NCBI GenBank assembly: GCA_016208915.1
Contig: JACQXE010000051.1
Coordinates: 619 to 64,618, forward strand
Source: Nitrospirota bacterium
GTDB lineage: Bacteria; Nitrospirota; Thermodesulfovibrionia; Thermodesulfovibrionales; UBA1546
Direction of reading: 5' to 3'
Length of the DNA: 64,000 nt
Positions within the stretch are counted from its first letter, which is position 1. Each line of letters begins with the position of its first letter. The notes under the pieces are model-generated. The model did not search any database and was not told where the DNA came from. It saw only the letters and a program-made list of their open reading frames with translations. Positions 19,606 through 30,508 of this stretch are shown here, one piece after another. A program made the position numbers and the translations under genes.

Positions 19606-22010
19606 ATGATAATAAAATCTAAATTGCAGTTTTTTATTCTTTTCATTTTCATAGGGGTGATGGCCTTGTTGAACTCCAACGCCTTTGCCGCAACGCCGAT
19701 TGACTGCGGGCAGACTACTCCAGGTTCTATTAGTGTGATAGGGGAAAAAGATGATTATACATTCACTGCAAATCCAAATGATGGCGCCCTTATCACGGTT
19801 GTCAGGACATCGGGAGACATGAACCCTTACATAGAGCTTTATGACTCAGCCGGTACGAAGATTGCGGAGTATAATTCCTATTCCGGCAATTTCGCCTTAA
19901 TCAACAAGGGCACCTATACTGTGGTTGTTTACGATTACGGCAACAACGGCACCGGCACCTATAACATCAGATACCAGAACTTGACTACTGCCTGCAATGA
20001 AACAGCCATAACCTGCGGTCAAAGCACCCCTGGCTCTATAAGTCCAACAGGTGAGATAGACTTCTATAGCTTTACCACAACGACTGCGGGTAATAAGGCG
20101 AGCATCAGGCTCTCTGCCACCTCAGGCACAGCAGACCCTTATCTGAAGTTATACAATTCAGCAGGCACAGAGGTCACCCCTTCCTTCAATATTTATACCC
20201 TTACGTCGGCAGGCGCCTATACCATCATGGTTTATGACGACGGTCATGACGAGACGGGCGGATACAGCCTTACTTATCTGAACCTGACCACGGCCTGCAA
20301 TGCAACAACCGTATTGATCCGTCTATGGAGCTTTACGATAGCTCTGGTGCAAGGATTGCATATCAATACTCTTCATCGGGAGGTTCGGCCACGATAACCC
20401 AAACCCTATCTGCAGCAGGCACTTATTTGATAATTGCTTCGGACTACGGCAATAACGAGACCGGCAACTATTCACTGAAAATACAGAAGAACGGCAACTC
20501 TTGTCCTGAAGTTATTGTAGCTTCGCCAAATGGCGGTGAGATAGTTGAGGCTGGCACCACGTTTCCGATTACATGGACATCTACAAGTCCAAGCGGTATT
20601 ACCTCTCAGGAAATCAGATTATCAACTGATGGAGGCGCCACATTTCCGACTGTGCTTGCTGCCGGATTGGCAGGCAGTGTTCAGTCTTATACCTGGCCTA
20701 TTTCCTCGGGGTTGAAGACTGTACAGGGGCGCATTCGGATTACAGTGACGGATACTTCGGGGGCGACTGTCTATGATGACAGTGACAACGATTTCATAAT
20801 ACTGCAAAATGTCCCCAAAGTCTCACGCACATACGAATATGATGAACTCAATCGGCTGACAAAAATAACTAATGAGGACTCCTCAACTATCACCTATAAA
20901 TATGATGCTGTGGGTAATAGAACGGCCCTCACATTCAAAAAGACAAACTTAGACCTCATAATCACAGCAGTGACAGGGCCAACAACAGCAGTGCCGGGTT
21001 CAACCATCACAGTAGGTGACACAACAAAGAATCAGGGAGCAGACACAGCAGGAGCTTCAAAAACAAAATACTACTGGTCAACAAACAACACATACAGTGC
21101 GGATGATCTATACCTTGGAGAGAGGTCAGTTCCACCACTTGCGCCCGGAGCATCAAACACAGGAACAATATCAGTAACAGTTCCAGATACCTGTACAGAT
21201 GGCAAGGTAGCCTTCTACATCATAGCAAGGGCAGATGCAGACAATGTAAACCCTGAGACCAATGAGAATAACAATAACAAGGCAAAATCAATGAAGATGG
21301 GGCCAGACCTTATAGTATCAGCTATTACAGCTCCAACAACGAGCGGAGCAGGAAAAACCATAACAGTGAATGATACAACAAAGAATAATGGTGGATGCCC
21401 GACAACTATTGATACAACAACAAAGTTCTATCTTTCAAGCAATTCAACATGGGATGCTGGAGATACATATCTTGCAGAAAGGCCAGTGCCAGTACTTCCT
21501 CCAAGTGGTACAGACACAGCTACCACGCCTGTTACCATTCCAGCAGGCACAGCAACAGGAACATGGTACATAATTGCAAAGACAGATGCGACTGGAGCAG
21601 TATTAGAGACAAGCGAAACAAACAACACCAAGAACAAATCAATTAAGATAGGCCCTGATTTCATAGTATCATCAATCACTGCTCCAACAAGTGCAGCACG
21701 AGGCGCGACAATCACAATAGGAGACACAACAAAGAACAGTGGCGGAGGAAGCACAGTGGTCACTTCAACAACAAAACTCTATCTGTCGATTAACACAACA
21801 TACGATGCAGGAGATAAACTTCTTGTCAGCAGGACAGTGCCTGTTCTTGATGCAAATGGCACAAGTACAGTAAGCGGGTCTGTAGTGATACCGACAGATG
21901 GTTGTACAAACTCATGCTACATCATAGCTATATCAGATGCGAATGGAGAAGTTACTGAGACTAATGAGACAAACAATACAAAGTATAAGGCGATAACGAT
22001 AAATCCGTAA
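19606..22010 (+). pseudogene. Exported PPC-like repeats / Ig-like / single YD unit / 3x CARDB protein, frameshifted near 20310
   Basis: ORF 19606-20397 (signal peptide, repeated CGQ..PGSI..D.Y.F modules) continues out of frame as IDPSMELYDSSG in ORF 20325-22010. Confidence 0.75.
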
Positions 22011-22027
22011 CTCAGAAAAATATTGGA

Positions 22028-22056
22028 AGGGATGCCGTTAAAAGAACGGCATCCCT
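22028..22056. terminator. Intrinsic terminator-like hairpin
   Basis: AGGGATGCCGTT..AACGGCATCCCT. Confidence 0.7.
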
Positions 22057-22291
22057 GATTTATCTAAGAAGAGAATCTTGTGAAAGGGATTCTTGAGAAG
22101 GTTGGTTTGATCAATAGGTTTATCAACAAAATTCCCGCCGTGAAGCAAGAGAACTAAATCATAGTTCCAGCTTAACTGCCCTGTCAGCGGTCGCCTGAGG
22201 CACTTGTCTATCCCAAGGGAATAAAAAGAATGTCATAGCATTGTTTCAAGAGAAAAATAAAAATCATTAAAGCTCAATAGCAACAAGTTCG

Positions 22292-22531
22292 TTAAGCGCT
22301 CTTTTTATGTTGTGAGGCATATAAATCTATTAGCCGCCGAATCATTTTTTGATATGAAGTATGATACCGTTGAGCTTCTCTTTTGAAAAACTCAATGCTC
22401 GATTTGTTCAGTGCAATAGTTACCTTTACATTTTCTTCTTTCAAGACCAATTGTTCCGGCGGCGGAAGAAAGTCTTTAATTACTTTCAGCTTGCCCATTG
22501 GCTCATCAGTATATTTTATTTTGCTCTTCAT
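22292..22531 (-). CDS. BrnA/CopG-like antitoxin
   Basis: DFLPPPEQL..KVTIAL..YQKMIR; overlaps BrnT; probable start MKSKIKY. Confidence 0.8.
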   Translation of the reverse strand: MKSKIKYTDEPMGKLKVIKDFLPPPEQLVLKEENVKVTIALNKSSIEFFKREAQRYHTSYQKMIRRLIDLYASQHKKSA

Positions 22532-22793
22532 ATATCTTCCTCCCTTTTCTCCAATATCCGGCACCATAGATGCGGATGATATTTTCTCTATATGTAAATC
22601 TGACAGTCATAATGCCGTCACCAACACGACCAATACAGTAAAACCGTTCTTCTTCTGAACTGTGAGTGATATCTTTAACTACGACGCGATGAGGATCGAG
22701 AAAAGCATGTTGTGCCAATGCAAACGAAACATTGTGCTTAGCTTGATTATCCCTGTCTTTCTCCTCATCCCATTCAAAGATGGTTTTCTTCAT
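22506..22793 (-). CDS. BrnT family toxin
   Basis: FEWDEEK..N..KH.VSF, HS..EER, VRFTYR..IRI. Confidence 0.88.
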   Translation of the reverse strand: MKKTIFEWDEEKDRDNQAKHNVSFALAQHAFLDPHRVVVKDITHSSEEERFYCIGRVGDGIMTVRFTYRENIIRIYGAGYWRKGRKIYEEQNKIY

Positions 22794-23000
22794 AGAAATA
22801 ACATACTACAAATATGTAATAATAGCAATATAAAAGTATGGGTCAATTAAATAGGGTCAGCGCCCATTTTAAACCCATCTTCTTCGATAAAAAATCTTCC
22901 ATTAGCTTAAAATCAAAATTCATGCCATGAAGCAAGCAATAGTTCAGGAATTCAAAAATCCAGAAGTTCCATAGATAGAAATAAACCAAGCATCTTGAAT

Positions 23001-23312
23001 TTAACTGGCTTTCTTCATCTCTTTGCAGTATTTTATATGCCTCAGAATATCTTTCTTTTTCTCCTTCACCCTGTAAAGATCATACTGGTTCTGAAGGTTC
23101 AGCCAGAGTTCCTCTGATGTGCCGAAAAATCTTGAAAGCCTTATAGCCATTTCCGGCGTGACGCCTCTTTTCGCATTAAGTATCTCATTTACAGTTCTGA
23201 AAGTGGTCTTAAGTTTTTTTGCCAATTCTGTTTGAGAAATGCCAAGAGGCAAGATGAAATCCTCTTTTAGTATCTGCCCCGGATGTGTTGGTGTTCTCTT
23301 TAAATCAAGCAT
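23001..23312 (-). CDS. higA: HigA family antitoxin
   Basis: PTHPGQILKEDF, VTPEMAIRLSRFFGTS..WLNLQ. Confidence 0.9.
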   Translation of the reverse strand: MLDLKRTPTHPGQILKEDFILPLGISQTELAKKLKTTFRTVNEILNAKRGVTPEMAIRLSRFFGTSEELWLNLQNQYDLYRVKEKKKDILRHIKYCKEMKKAS

Positions 23313-23327
23313 GGATGCCTCCTCCTT

Positions 23328-23609
23328 TTAATGATAGTCTGTAATTTCTACTTCATAAGCATCAGAATCGATAAATCTGAAAATAATCCTGTACTGGTCA
23401 TTAATCCTGATGCTGTGTTTCCCTTTTAAATCACCTTTTAAAGCCTCAAGCCTGTTACCCGGTGGAGCATTCAGGTCTTCAAGTCGTATCGCTGCATTCA
23501 AATAATCCAGTTTCCTTGATCCTGCTTTGCAGACGGAGACGGAAAATTTTGCGCTCTTTCCTGTAAGATATAGTCTCTCAGTTTCTTTGTCTGCAAAGGA
23601 CTTAATCAT
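23328..23609 (-). CDS. higB: HigB/RelE family toxin
   Basis: MIKSFADKETE, PPGNRLEALKG, SIRINDQYRI, EITDYH. Confidence 0.9.
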   Translation of the reverse strand: MIKSFADKETERLYLTGKSAKFSVSVCKAGSRKLDYLNAAIRLEDLNAPPGNRLEALKGDLKGKHSIRINDQYRIIFRFIDSDAYEVEITDYH

Positions 23610-23620
23610 TTATATAACAA

Positions 23621-23639
23621 TATAACACTTATCGTTATA
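23621..23639. promoter_or_regulatory. Putative HigA operator
   Basis: TATAAC-N7-GTTATA palindrome directly upstream of higB. Confidence 0.5.
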
Positions 23640-23792
23640 ACTGGCAATACGAAAGATCAATTGACCCTCTTGTTAAATAAGGTTTCTAAAATCAAAATTT
23701 CTGCCGTGAAGCAAAAGAACCAAATCATAGTTTCCGCTGAAGTGTCCCTGCAAATGTCTTACTAAGGAGTTCATTATTAAAGCCTCATAATT

Positions 23793-23896
23793 TGTCATTC
23801 CCGTTCTCCTCGGCGAATCCGCCTGAGTGCGGACAAGCAAAGCGTGTCGGGAATCCTTCTGAAAACAAAGAAAGATTCCGGACAAGCCGGAATGAC
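23793..23896. repeat. REP-like element copy 2, interrupted by a second palindrome type
   Basis: Same termini as 14296-14352 with extra CCTCGGCGAATCCGCCTGAGTGCGGAC inside the first hairpin. Confidence 0.7.
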
Positions 23897-24069
23897 GGAA
23901 TAAGCGAAACGGAATAAGTGGAACGGAATAAGTGGATATGTTGCTTTACTTTTGATCTCATTAGTAACTGTTAAATTCCGGTTTAAAAAGGCTGGCTGTC
24001 AGTGAACCGTCAGTAACAGCCTGAAAACCCTTAGAGCAGTAAGGGCTGGAGGGGGTCGTCCACCATTTT

Positions 24070-24375
24070 TTATTTGTTATCCTTCAGTTTGTTCAGCAGG
24101 GTGGCGGAGAGTATAAACTCTGTGCCCTCCTCATTTTTTACAAGCTGATAAAATTCGCATTCCTTGCAGCCTTTGAATTTCTGCGCAAAGAATCCCTGAA
24201 CCTCTCCCTTACAGAATGTACCGGCAACAATCCAGCATGCCCTTCCTGCATTTTTGCCTCCGTGGATGCCATCAAGCTTTTTCTCTCTGGTAGCAGAGCA
24301 TATACCTAGGTCTTCAACTCGCTCTCCGCCAGGCTGTCTTCCGCAGTTTTTGAATTCCCAGCAATTTTTTTTCAT
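24070..24375 (-). CDS. Small Cys-rich protein with two CW motifs
   Basis: NCWEFKNCGR, GRACWIVAGTFC, CKECEFY; stop codon lies in the att repeat. Confidence 0.75.
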   Translation of the reverse strand: MKKNCWEFKNCGRQPGGERVEDLGICSATREKKLDGIHGGKNAGRACWIVAGTFCKGEVQGFFAQKFKGCKECEFYQLVKNEEGTEFILSATLLNKLKDNK

Positions 24376-24523
24376 GCCTTTAATCCTCCATGCCGTTTTA
24401 ATAGCAGTATGACACGGCAAAATGTGTTTTTCGTTTTCATATTGGGATTAACCCTTATTGACCTCTTGTATCTTAATATCTATAATGTCATCTATGCCGC
24501 AGAAACATTTTAGGATAATATTT

Positions 24524-24775
24524 ATGAAAAAAGCTTTTTTTACGGCAATAGCTTTATCTGTCATTTTTGCCTTTAGCATTAGTTTTTCCGCTGATAAGGA
24601 AAGCTTTCAAATAAAAAAACAGCCTGAGATTCAGCAGGTAAAGCCCAAAAAGCCTGTTAAGATAAAACTCAAGCGCTCAGCAGAAGGTAGATACACATGG
24701 GAACTTTCTGGGGATGATGCTGATGAGATCGCGAGGGTTGATAAAAAGCTGAGGAAACTTTTAAAGGTAGAATGA
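24524..24775 (+). CDS. Small exported hypothetical protein
   Basis: Signal peptide MKKAFFTAIALS..FSA. Confidence 0.65.
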   Translation: MKKAFFTAIALSVIFAFSISFSADKESFQIKKQPEIQQVKPKKPVKIKLKRSAEGRYTWELSGDDADEIARVDKKLRKLLKVE

Positions 24776-24785
24776 AAAAGAATAT

Positions 24786-24937
24786 ACAACAGCATGTAGT
24801 ATTCTCGCTCATTCTCGTCCGCCTCGGCGGACTCCGAGGTATTTCGCCTCTCAGTAATTCTTATTCTTATTCTTATTCTTATTCTTACTGTCGGAATATC
24901 GGCGAAATAAAACCGCTTAAATACCACATGCTATTGT
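24786..24937 (-). repeat. Structured intergenic element, copy 1
   Basis: Outer stem + TCGCTCATTCTC-hairpin-TCCGAGG + inner stem + CCGCTTAAAT; (ATTCTT)5 in loop. Confidence 0.8.
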
Positions 24938-24963
24938 TTTGAATTGATCAAAAGGAGGGTTAA

Positions 24964-26163
24964 ATGAAGATTGTTCTTGCATATTCAGGAGGGCTTGACA
25001 CATCTGTTGCAATAAAGTGGCTTAAGGAAACCTATAATGCAGAGGTTATTGCCTTTTGTGCAGACCTTGGTCAGGGAGAAGACCTTAATGCAGCAAGAAA
25101 AAAAGCATTAGGCACAGGCGCATCAAAGGTCTATATTGAAGACCTGAGAGAAGAGTTTGTGAAGAATTACATATTCCCAATGTTAAGGGCAAGTGCTGTA
25201 TATGAAGGCGTCTATCTCTTGGGCACATCTATTGCACGCCCGCTCATAGCAAAGAGACAGATAGAGATAGCTGAGAAAGAAAAGGCAGGCGCTGTCTCCC
25301 ATGGCGCCACAGGGAAGGGAAATGATCAGGTGAGGTTTGAGCTTACATACTATGCATTAAAGCCTGACATCAAGGTAATCTCGCCGTGGCGTGAATGGCC
25401 TTTTGACTCAAGGCAGTCACTTATAAAGTATGCTGCAAAACACAGGATACCTGTTACTGCGACAAAGAAAAAACCCTATAGCACAGACAGAAATCTTTTT
25501 CATATAAGTTACGAGGGCGGGATACTCGAGGACCCATGGAAAGAACCGCCTTCAGATATGTTTGCAATGACAGTCCCTCCCCAGAAGGCGCCGGATAAAA
25601 CATCCTATTTAGATATAACATATGACAAAGGCAATCCTGTTGCGCTAAATAGCAAGAGAATGTCTCCGGCAAAATTGCTCGATAGGCTCAACAATATCGC
25701 CGGCAAAAATGGAATCGGCAGGGTTGATATGGTAGAAAACAGATATGTCGGCATGAAATCGCGCGGCATATATGAAACCCCGGGAGGGACAGCGCTTCAT
25801 ATTGCGCACAGGGCAGTTGAATCCATAACTCTTGACAGGGAGGTTATGCACCTGAGGGATTCCTTGGTGCCGAGATACGCTGAGTTGGTATATTATGGTT
25901 ACTGGTTTTCTCCGGAGCGGAAGATGCTTCAGACGCTTATAGATAAGATTCAGAATGTTGTGACAGGAACAGTAAGATTAAAACTTTATAAAGGCAATTG
26001 TCAGGTTGTTGGAAGGAAATCTCCAAGGTCGCTTTATCATCCTGAACTCGCAACATTCGAGGCTGAAAAGATATATAACCAGAAAGATGCAGAAGGATTT
26101 ATAAAACTGAATGCCCTGAGGCTGAAGATAGCAAGAATAACAAATAAAGGATTCAAGGGGTAG
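24964..26163 (+). CDS. argG: Argininosuccinate synthase
   Basis: [34 protein letters not shown]. Confidence 0.97.
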   Translation: MKIVLAYSGGLDTSVAIKWLKETYNAEVIAFCADLGQGEDLNAARKKALGTGASKVYIEDLREEFVKNYIFPMLRASAVYEGVYLLGTSIARPLIAKRQIEIAEKEKAGAVSHGATGKGNDQVRFELTYYALKPDIKVISPWREWPFDSRQSLIKYAAKHRIPVTATKKKPYSTDRNLFHISYEGGILEDPWKEPPSDMFAMTVPPQKAPDKTSYLDITYDKGNPVALNSKRMSPAKLLDRLNNIAGKNGIGRVDMVENRYVGMKSRGIYETPGGTALHIAHRAVESITLDREVMHLRDSLVPRYAELVYYGYWFSPERKMLQTLIDKIQNVVTGTVRLKLYKGNCQVVGRKSPRSLYHPELATFEAEKIYNQKDAEGFIKLNALRLKIARITNKGFKG

Positions 26164-26236
26164 AGGTGTCAAGGGATCGAGCGAGACGCTGAGAAACAAA
26201 TCACTCGAACCCTCGAATCCTTGACCACTATTAAAC

Positions 26237-27322
26237 ATGTCTGACCTTAAATACTGGATTGCCTTGACAGAGGTCCCTGATATAGGGCCTGTGACAGCAA
26301 GGAAACTGCTTGCTGTCTACAAAAAACCTGAAGATATATTCAGCGCTTCGCAGAAAGAGCTTCGGAGCGTAGAAGGAATAAGCGCAAGAAAGGCAAAAAA
26401 CCTAAAGGAATATTCAGGCTGGGAAAGTATAGAGAGGCAGATTAAAAAACTCGAGAATAAAGGGATAAGGGTAGTAACATTAAGGAGTGACGACTATCCT
26501 GAAGCATTCAGAGAAATAGAAGATACTCCGCTCATTCTCTATGTAAAAGGCAATATAGAGCGTGATGACAGATATGCTGTTGCAGTTGTCGGCTCAAGAA
26601 AACTTACTCCATATGGCCAGTTTGTCGCTGAAAAACTGTCATCAGAACTTTCTTCAATAGGAATGACTATTGTCAGCGGCATGGCAAGGGGGATTGATAC
26701 CGCAGCTCATAAGGCAGCCATAAACTCTGGCGGCAGAAGCATTGCTGTATTGGGTTCCGGGATTGATGTGCCATATCCTCCTGAAAATAAGATTCTGATG
26801 GATAAGATAGCCAATTCAGGATATGTTATGAGCGAGTTTCCTCCCGGCACACAGCCTGAGAGAGAAAATTTTCCCAGAAGGAACAGGCTTATAAGCGCAT
26901 TGTCTCTCGGCGTGCTTGTTGTGGAGGCAACTGCTGACAGCGGTTCATTAATCACAGCGAATTATGCAATGGAGCAGGGTAAAGAGGTCTTTGCCGTGCC
27001 GGGCAATATTAACTCCAAAAATTCAGAGGGTACAAATACCCTTATAAAAAATGGCGCAAAACTTGTTCAGACTATGGAAGATATAATAGAGGAACTTGCG
27101 CTTGTGCTTAGAGGCTTCATAAAGTCAAAAGTAAAATCAAAGATAGTACTTTCAGATGAGGAGAAAAGGGTTTGTGATATAATGACACCAGAACCAAAAC
27201 ATATTGATATGCTCTCAAGAGAGAGCGGAATGCCTGCGTCAAAGTTGCTCGGCATTCTCCTCCACCTCGAATTAAAAGGCGTTGTGAAGCAGGTTGAGGG
27301 CAAAAAATTCTATCTGCTATAA
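26237..27322 (+). CDS. dprA: DNA-processing protein DprA
   Basis: VVGSR, IVSGMARGID..AH, FPRRNRLISAL. Confidence 0.95.
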   Translation: MSDLKYWIALTEVPDIGPVTARKLLAVYKKPEDIFSASQKELRSVEGISARKAKNLKEYSGWESIERQIKKLENKGIRVVTLRSDDYPEAFREIEDTPLILYVKGNIERDDRYAVAVVGSRKLTPYGQFVAEKLSSELSSIGMTIVSGMARGIDTAAHKAAINSGGRSIAVLGSGIDVPYPPENKILMDKIANSGYVMSEFPPGTQPERENFPRRNRLISALSLGVLVVEATADSGSLITANYAMEQGKEVFAVPGNINSKNSEGTNTLIKNGAKLVQTMEDIIEELALVLRGFIKSKVKSKIVLSDEEKRVCDIMTPEPKHIDMLSRESGMPASKLLGILLHLELKGVVKQVEGKKFYLL

Positions 27323-27343
27323 AAACAGGAGGCAACAGAACAG

Positions 27344-29662
27344 ATGAATTCAGTAGTTATTGTTGAGTCACCGGCAAAATCAAAGACGATAAACAAGATA
27401 CTTGGCAAGGGATTTTCAGTAAAGGCATCAATTGGTCATATAAAGGACCTGCCTCAAAAAAAACTCGGGGTTGATGTTGAGAAGAACTTTGAACCCTCTT
27501 ATGTTGTCATTCCCGGCAAGGAGAAGATAATAAAGGAATTGAGAGGTTCTGCAAAAGAGGCGGATAATGTCTACATAGCAACAGACCCTGACAGAGAGGG
27601 AGAGGCAATAGCCTGGCATATCGCTGAGGTAATTGAAGGCAATCCGGAAAAGGTCTTCAGGGTTGTGTTCAATGAGATTACAGAAAGGGCTGTGAAAGAG
27701 GCAATAAAGAATCCTCGTCGTATTGATATGAATCTTGTTGACGCACAGCAGGCAAGAAGGATACTCGACAGGCTTGTAGGCTATGGCCTGAGTCCTCTTC
27801 TGTGGAAAAAAGTGAGAAAGGGATTGAGCGCAGGCAGGGTGCAGTCAGTGGCTGTAAGGCTTGTTGTTGACAGAGAACGCGAGATATCTGCATTCCAGAA
27901 AGAAGAGTACTGGTCAATAAATGCGCAGTTTGAGGGCGCTAAACCACCACAGTTTTGGGCACGGCTGTCAAAGATCAGTGAAAAGACAGGAATCAGCAGT
28001 CAGAAATCAGAAGCAGAAAGAAAATTTCTTATCCCGAATGAGGAAAGCGCAACTAAGATTGTTGATTATCTAAAGGGCAAAGAGTTCATACTTCAGAAGA
28101 TAGAAAAAAAGAACAAAAAGCGTATGCCTTATCCTCCTTTTATTACCAGCACGCTCCAGCAGGCAGCTGCGCGGGAATTAAGATTTACAGCAAAAAAGAC
28201 AATGTCTATCGCACAACAGTTATATGAGGGCATAGAGGTGGGCAAGGAAGGCTCTGTTGGTCTTATAACATATATGAGGACAGACTCCCACAGAGTTGCG
28301 CCTGAGGCTCAGGAATGGGCAAGAGAACTTATCGGGAAGACATTCGGAAAAAACTATGTCCCTGAAAAACCTCCTGTATACAAGAGCAAGTCATCTGCTC
28401 AGGACGCGCATGAGGCAATAAGACCTACATATGCCAACATGAAACCTGAGGATGTAACGACATATCTTTCAAAGGAGCAACTCGTCCTTTACACTCTGAT
28501 ATGGAATCGTTTTTTATCAAGCCAGATGGCGCCTGCTCAGCTTGAACAGACAACATTTATAATAGGTACGAGGCTGCAGGGGTCTGTTGATATTGATGAA
28601 GGAAACGACTTCAGGGCATCAGGCACAGTTATCAGGTTCCGTGGTTTTATGGCGTTATGTACAGAGAGTAAAGAAGAAACAGAGGATGAGGAAACCAAGA
28701 TACTCCCTGCTCTGAAAGAGGGAGAAAGGCTTAAACTTCTTGAACTCCTGCCCAAGCAGCATTTTACCCAGCCGCTGCCGCGTTATTCTGAGGCAACACT
28801 GGTAAAAGTACTCGAAGAGAAGGGCATAGGAAGACCGAGCACCTATGCGGCAATATTATCCACAATACAGGACAGAAAATATGTGCATAAGGAAGAAGGA
28901 AAGTTTGCTCCCACAGAACTCGGGATTGTAGTTAATGATATGCTGGTTGAAAAATTTTCAGATGTTCTGGATATAGGCTTTACTGCAAAACTCGAGGACA
29001 GGCTTGATAACATAGAAGAAGGAAAGATAAGGTGGGTAAAGGTGGTGAAGGATTTCTATAAGCCGTTCAGTCATGATCTTACAGAGGCAACAAAGAGCAC
29101 AGACAGGGTAAAACCACAGGATATTCCGACTGAAGAAAAGTGCGATAAATGCGGTCAGCCGATGGTGATACGATGGGGCAGGCACGGCAGGTTTATGGCA
29201 TGTTCTGGTTATCCTGAATGCAAAAACACAAAACCGCTTGAGGGTCAGGAGAGAAAAGACCAGCCAGCAGCAAGCAGCCGGCAGACAGATGAAAAATGTG
29301 AGAAATGCGGCGCCCCGATGGTCATTAAGGCAGGGAGATATGGAAATTTCCTCGCCTGCTCAAAATATCCTGAGTGCAAGGCTACAAAGCCTCTGCCAAC
29401 AGGCATCAAATGCCCGCTCGATGGCGGTGATATCATTGAGAGGCGGACAAAAAAAGGTAAGCTTTTCTGGAGTTGCAGCAATTATCCTAAATGCAAATTC
29501 GCGTCCTGGTACAGACCTGTTCCTCAGATATGTCCAGAATGCAAATCACCTTATCTCATGGAAAGACGGGGGAAAGACGGGACAGTAATTATTGTTTGTC
29601 CAAACAAAGAATGTGACTATAAGACTGACGTAAAGACCACAGAGCAGGGACAGGGAAAGTAG
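27344..29662 (+). CDS. topA: DNA topoisomerase I
   Basis: VIVESPAK, ATDPDREGE, SAGRVQS, ITYMRTD, C4 zinc ribbons. Confidence 0.97.
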   Translation: MNSVVIVESPAKSKTINKILGKGFSVKASIGHIKDLPQKKLGVDVEKNFEPSYVVIPGKEKIIKELRGSAKEADNVYIATDPDREGEAIAWHIAEVIEGNPEKVFRVVFNEITERAVKEAIKNPRRIDMNLVDAQQARRILDRLVGYGLSPLLWKKVRKGLSAGRVQSVAVRLVVDREREISAFQKEEYWSINAQFEGAKPPQFWARLSKISEKTGISSQKSEAERKFLIPNEESATKIVDYLKGKEFILQKIEKKNKKRMPYPPFITSTLQQAAARELRFTAKKTMSIAQQLYEGIEVGKEGSVGLITYMRTDSHRVAPEAQEWARELIGKTFGKNYVPEKPPVYKSKSSAQDAHEAIRPTYANMKPEDVTTYLSKEQLVLYTLIWNRFLSSQMAPAQLEQTTFIIGTRLQGSVDIDEGNDFRASGTVIRFRGFMALCTESKEETEDEETKILPALKEGERLKLLELLPKQHFTQPLPRYSEATLVKVLEEKGIGRPSTYAAILSTIQDRKYVHKEEGKFAPTELGIVVNDMLVEKFSDVLDIGFTAKLEDRLDNIEEGKIRWVKVVKDFYKPFSHDLTEATKSTDRVKPQDIPTEEKCDKCGQPMVIRWGRHGRFMACSGYPECKNTKPLEGQERKDQPAASSRQTDEKCEKCGAPMVIKAGRYGNFLACSKYPECKATKPLPTGIKCPLDGGDIIERRTKKGKLFWSCSNYPKCKFASWYRPVPQICPECKSPYLMERRGKDGTVIIVCPNKECDYKTDVKTTEQGQGK

Positions 29663-30508
29663 ATGCTTGCCAAAAGAATAATCCCATGCCTTGATGTTAA
29701 AGACGGCAGGGTTGTAAAAGGCGTGAGTTTTCTGAATCTCAGGGATGCCGGGGATCCTGTTGAGAACGCAAAATTCTATGATGAGCAGGGCGCTGACGAG
29801 CTTGTATTCCTCGACATAACAGCCTCTCATGAAAAAAGGAATATCATTATTGATGTTGTTATGAGGACTGCTGAAGATGTCTTTATGCCTTTGACCGTTG
29901 GAGGAGGCATAAAAACACTCGATGATATAAGAGAACTTTTGAAATCAGGGTGCGATAAGGTCTCTGTAAATACTGCAGCTGTCAAGGATCCCATTTTTGT
30001 AAAAAGGGCGGCAGAGAGATTCGGGAGTCAGTGCATTGTTGTTGCGATTGATGCAAAACGCGTAATTGCAGGGATGACATTCACAGAGGATGAGAAGTGG
30101 ATGAACGAATCATCTTTAAGAGAAGTGACTCTCCGAGATAATGAAGAAGCCAGTGATCTCAGGTGGGCTATATCTACACACGGCGGAAGAAAGATGAAAA
30201 GGATAGATGCTGTAAAATGGGCAAAAAAGATGGAAGACCTTGGCGCAGGAGAGATCCTTCTTACGAGCATGGACAGGGATGGAACAAAGGACGGTTATGA
30301 CATCGAACTCACAAGGACAATAGCTGAGGCTGTATCCATCCCGGTTATAGCATCCGGCGGTGTAGGCACGCTTGAACATCTGTACGAAGGCCTTGTGCAT
30401 GGCAAGGCAGATGCAGCCCTCGCTGCCTCGATATTCCACTATAGAGAGTATACAATTAAAGAAGCAAAGGAATATCTCAAAGCCAAAGGCGTGGCTGTAA
30501 GGCTGTAG
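29663..30508 (+). CDS. hisF: Imidazole glycerol phosphate synthase cyclase subunit
   Basis: [31 protein letters not shown]. Confidence 0.96.
   Translation: MLAKRIIPCLDVKDGRVVKGVSFLNLRDAGDPVENAKFYDEQGADELVFLDITASHEKRNIIIDVVMRTAEDVFMPLTVGGGIKTLDDIRELLKSGCDKVSVNTAAVKDPIFVKRAAERFGSQCIVVAIDAKRVIAGMTFTEDEKWMNESSLREVTLRDNEEASDLRWAISTHGGRKMKRIDAVKWAKKMEDLGAGEILLTSMDRDGTKDGYDIELTRTIAEAVSIPVIASGGVGTLEHLYEGLVHGKADAALAASIFHYREYTIKEAKEYLKAKGVAVRL

Larger units (their letters stand above)
14083..24072. mobile_element. Genomic island at tRNA-Ala 3' end, no integrase gene
   Basis: Exact 16-bp direct repeat CGTCCACCATTTTTTA at 14083-14098 and 24057-24072; tandem CCGTCAGT repeats near both ends; TA and Rhs cargo. 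Confidence 0.8.

Noticed and set aside
23673-23885. 70-aa ORF
   Set aside because: Largely a translation of nested palindromic repeats
24631-24927. ORF with RIRIRIRI, and similar ORFs at 38276-38563, 50975-51235 and 51120-51332
   Set aside because: Read-through of the structured repeat element, not protein-like
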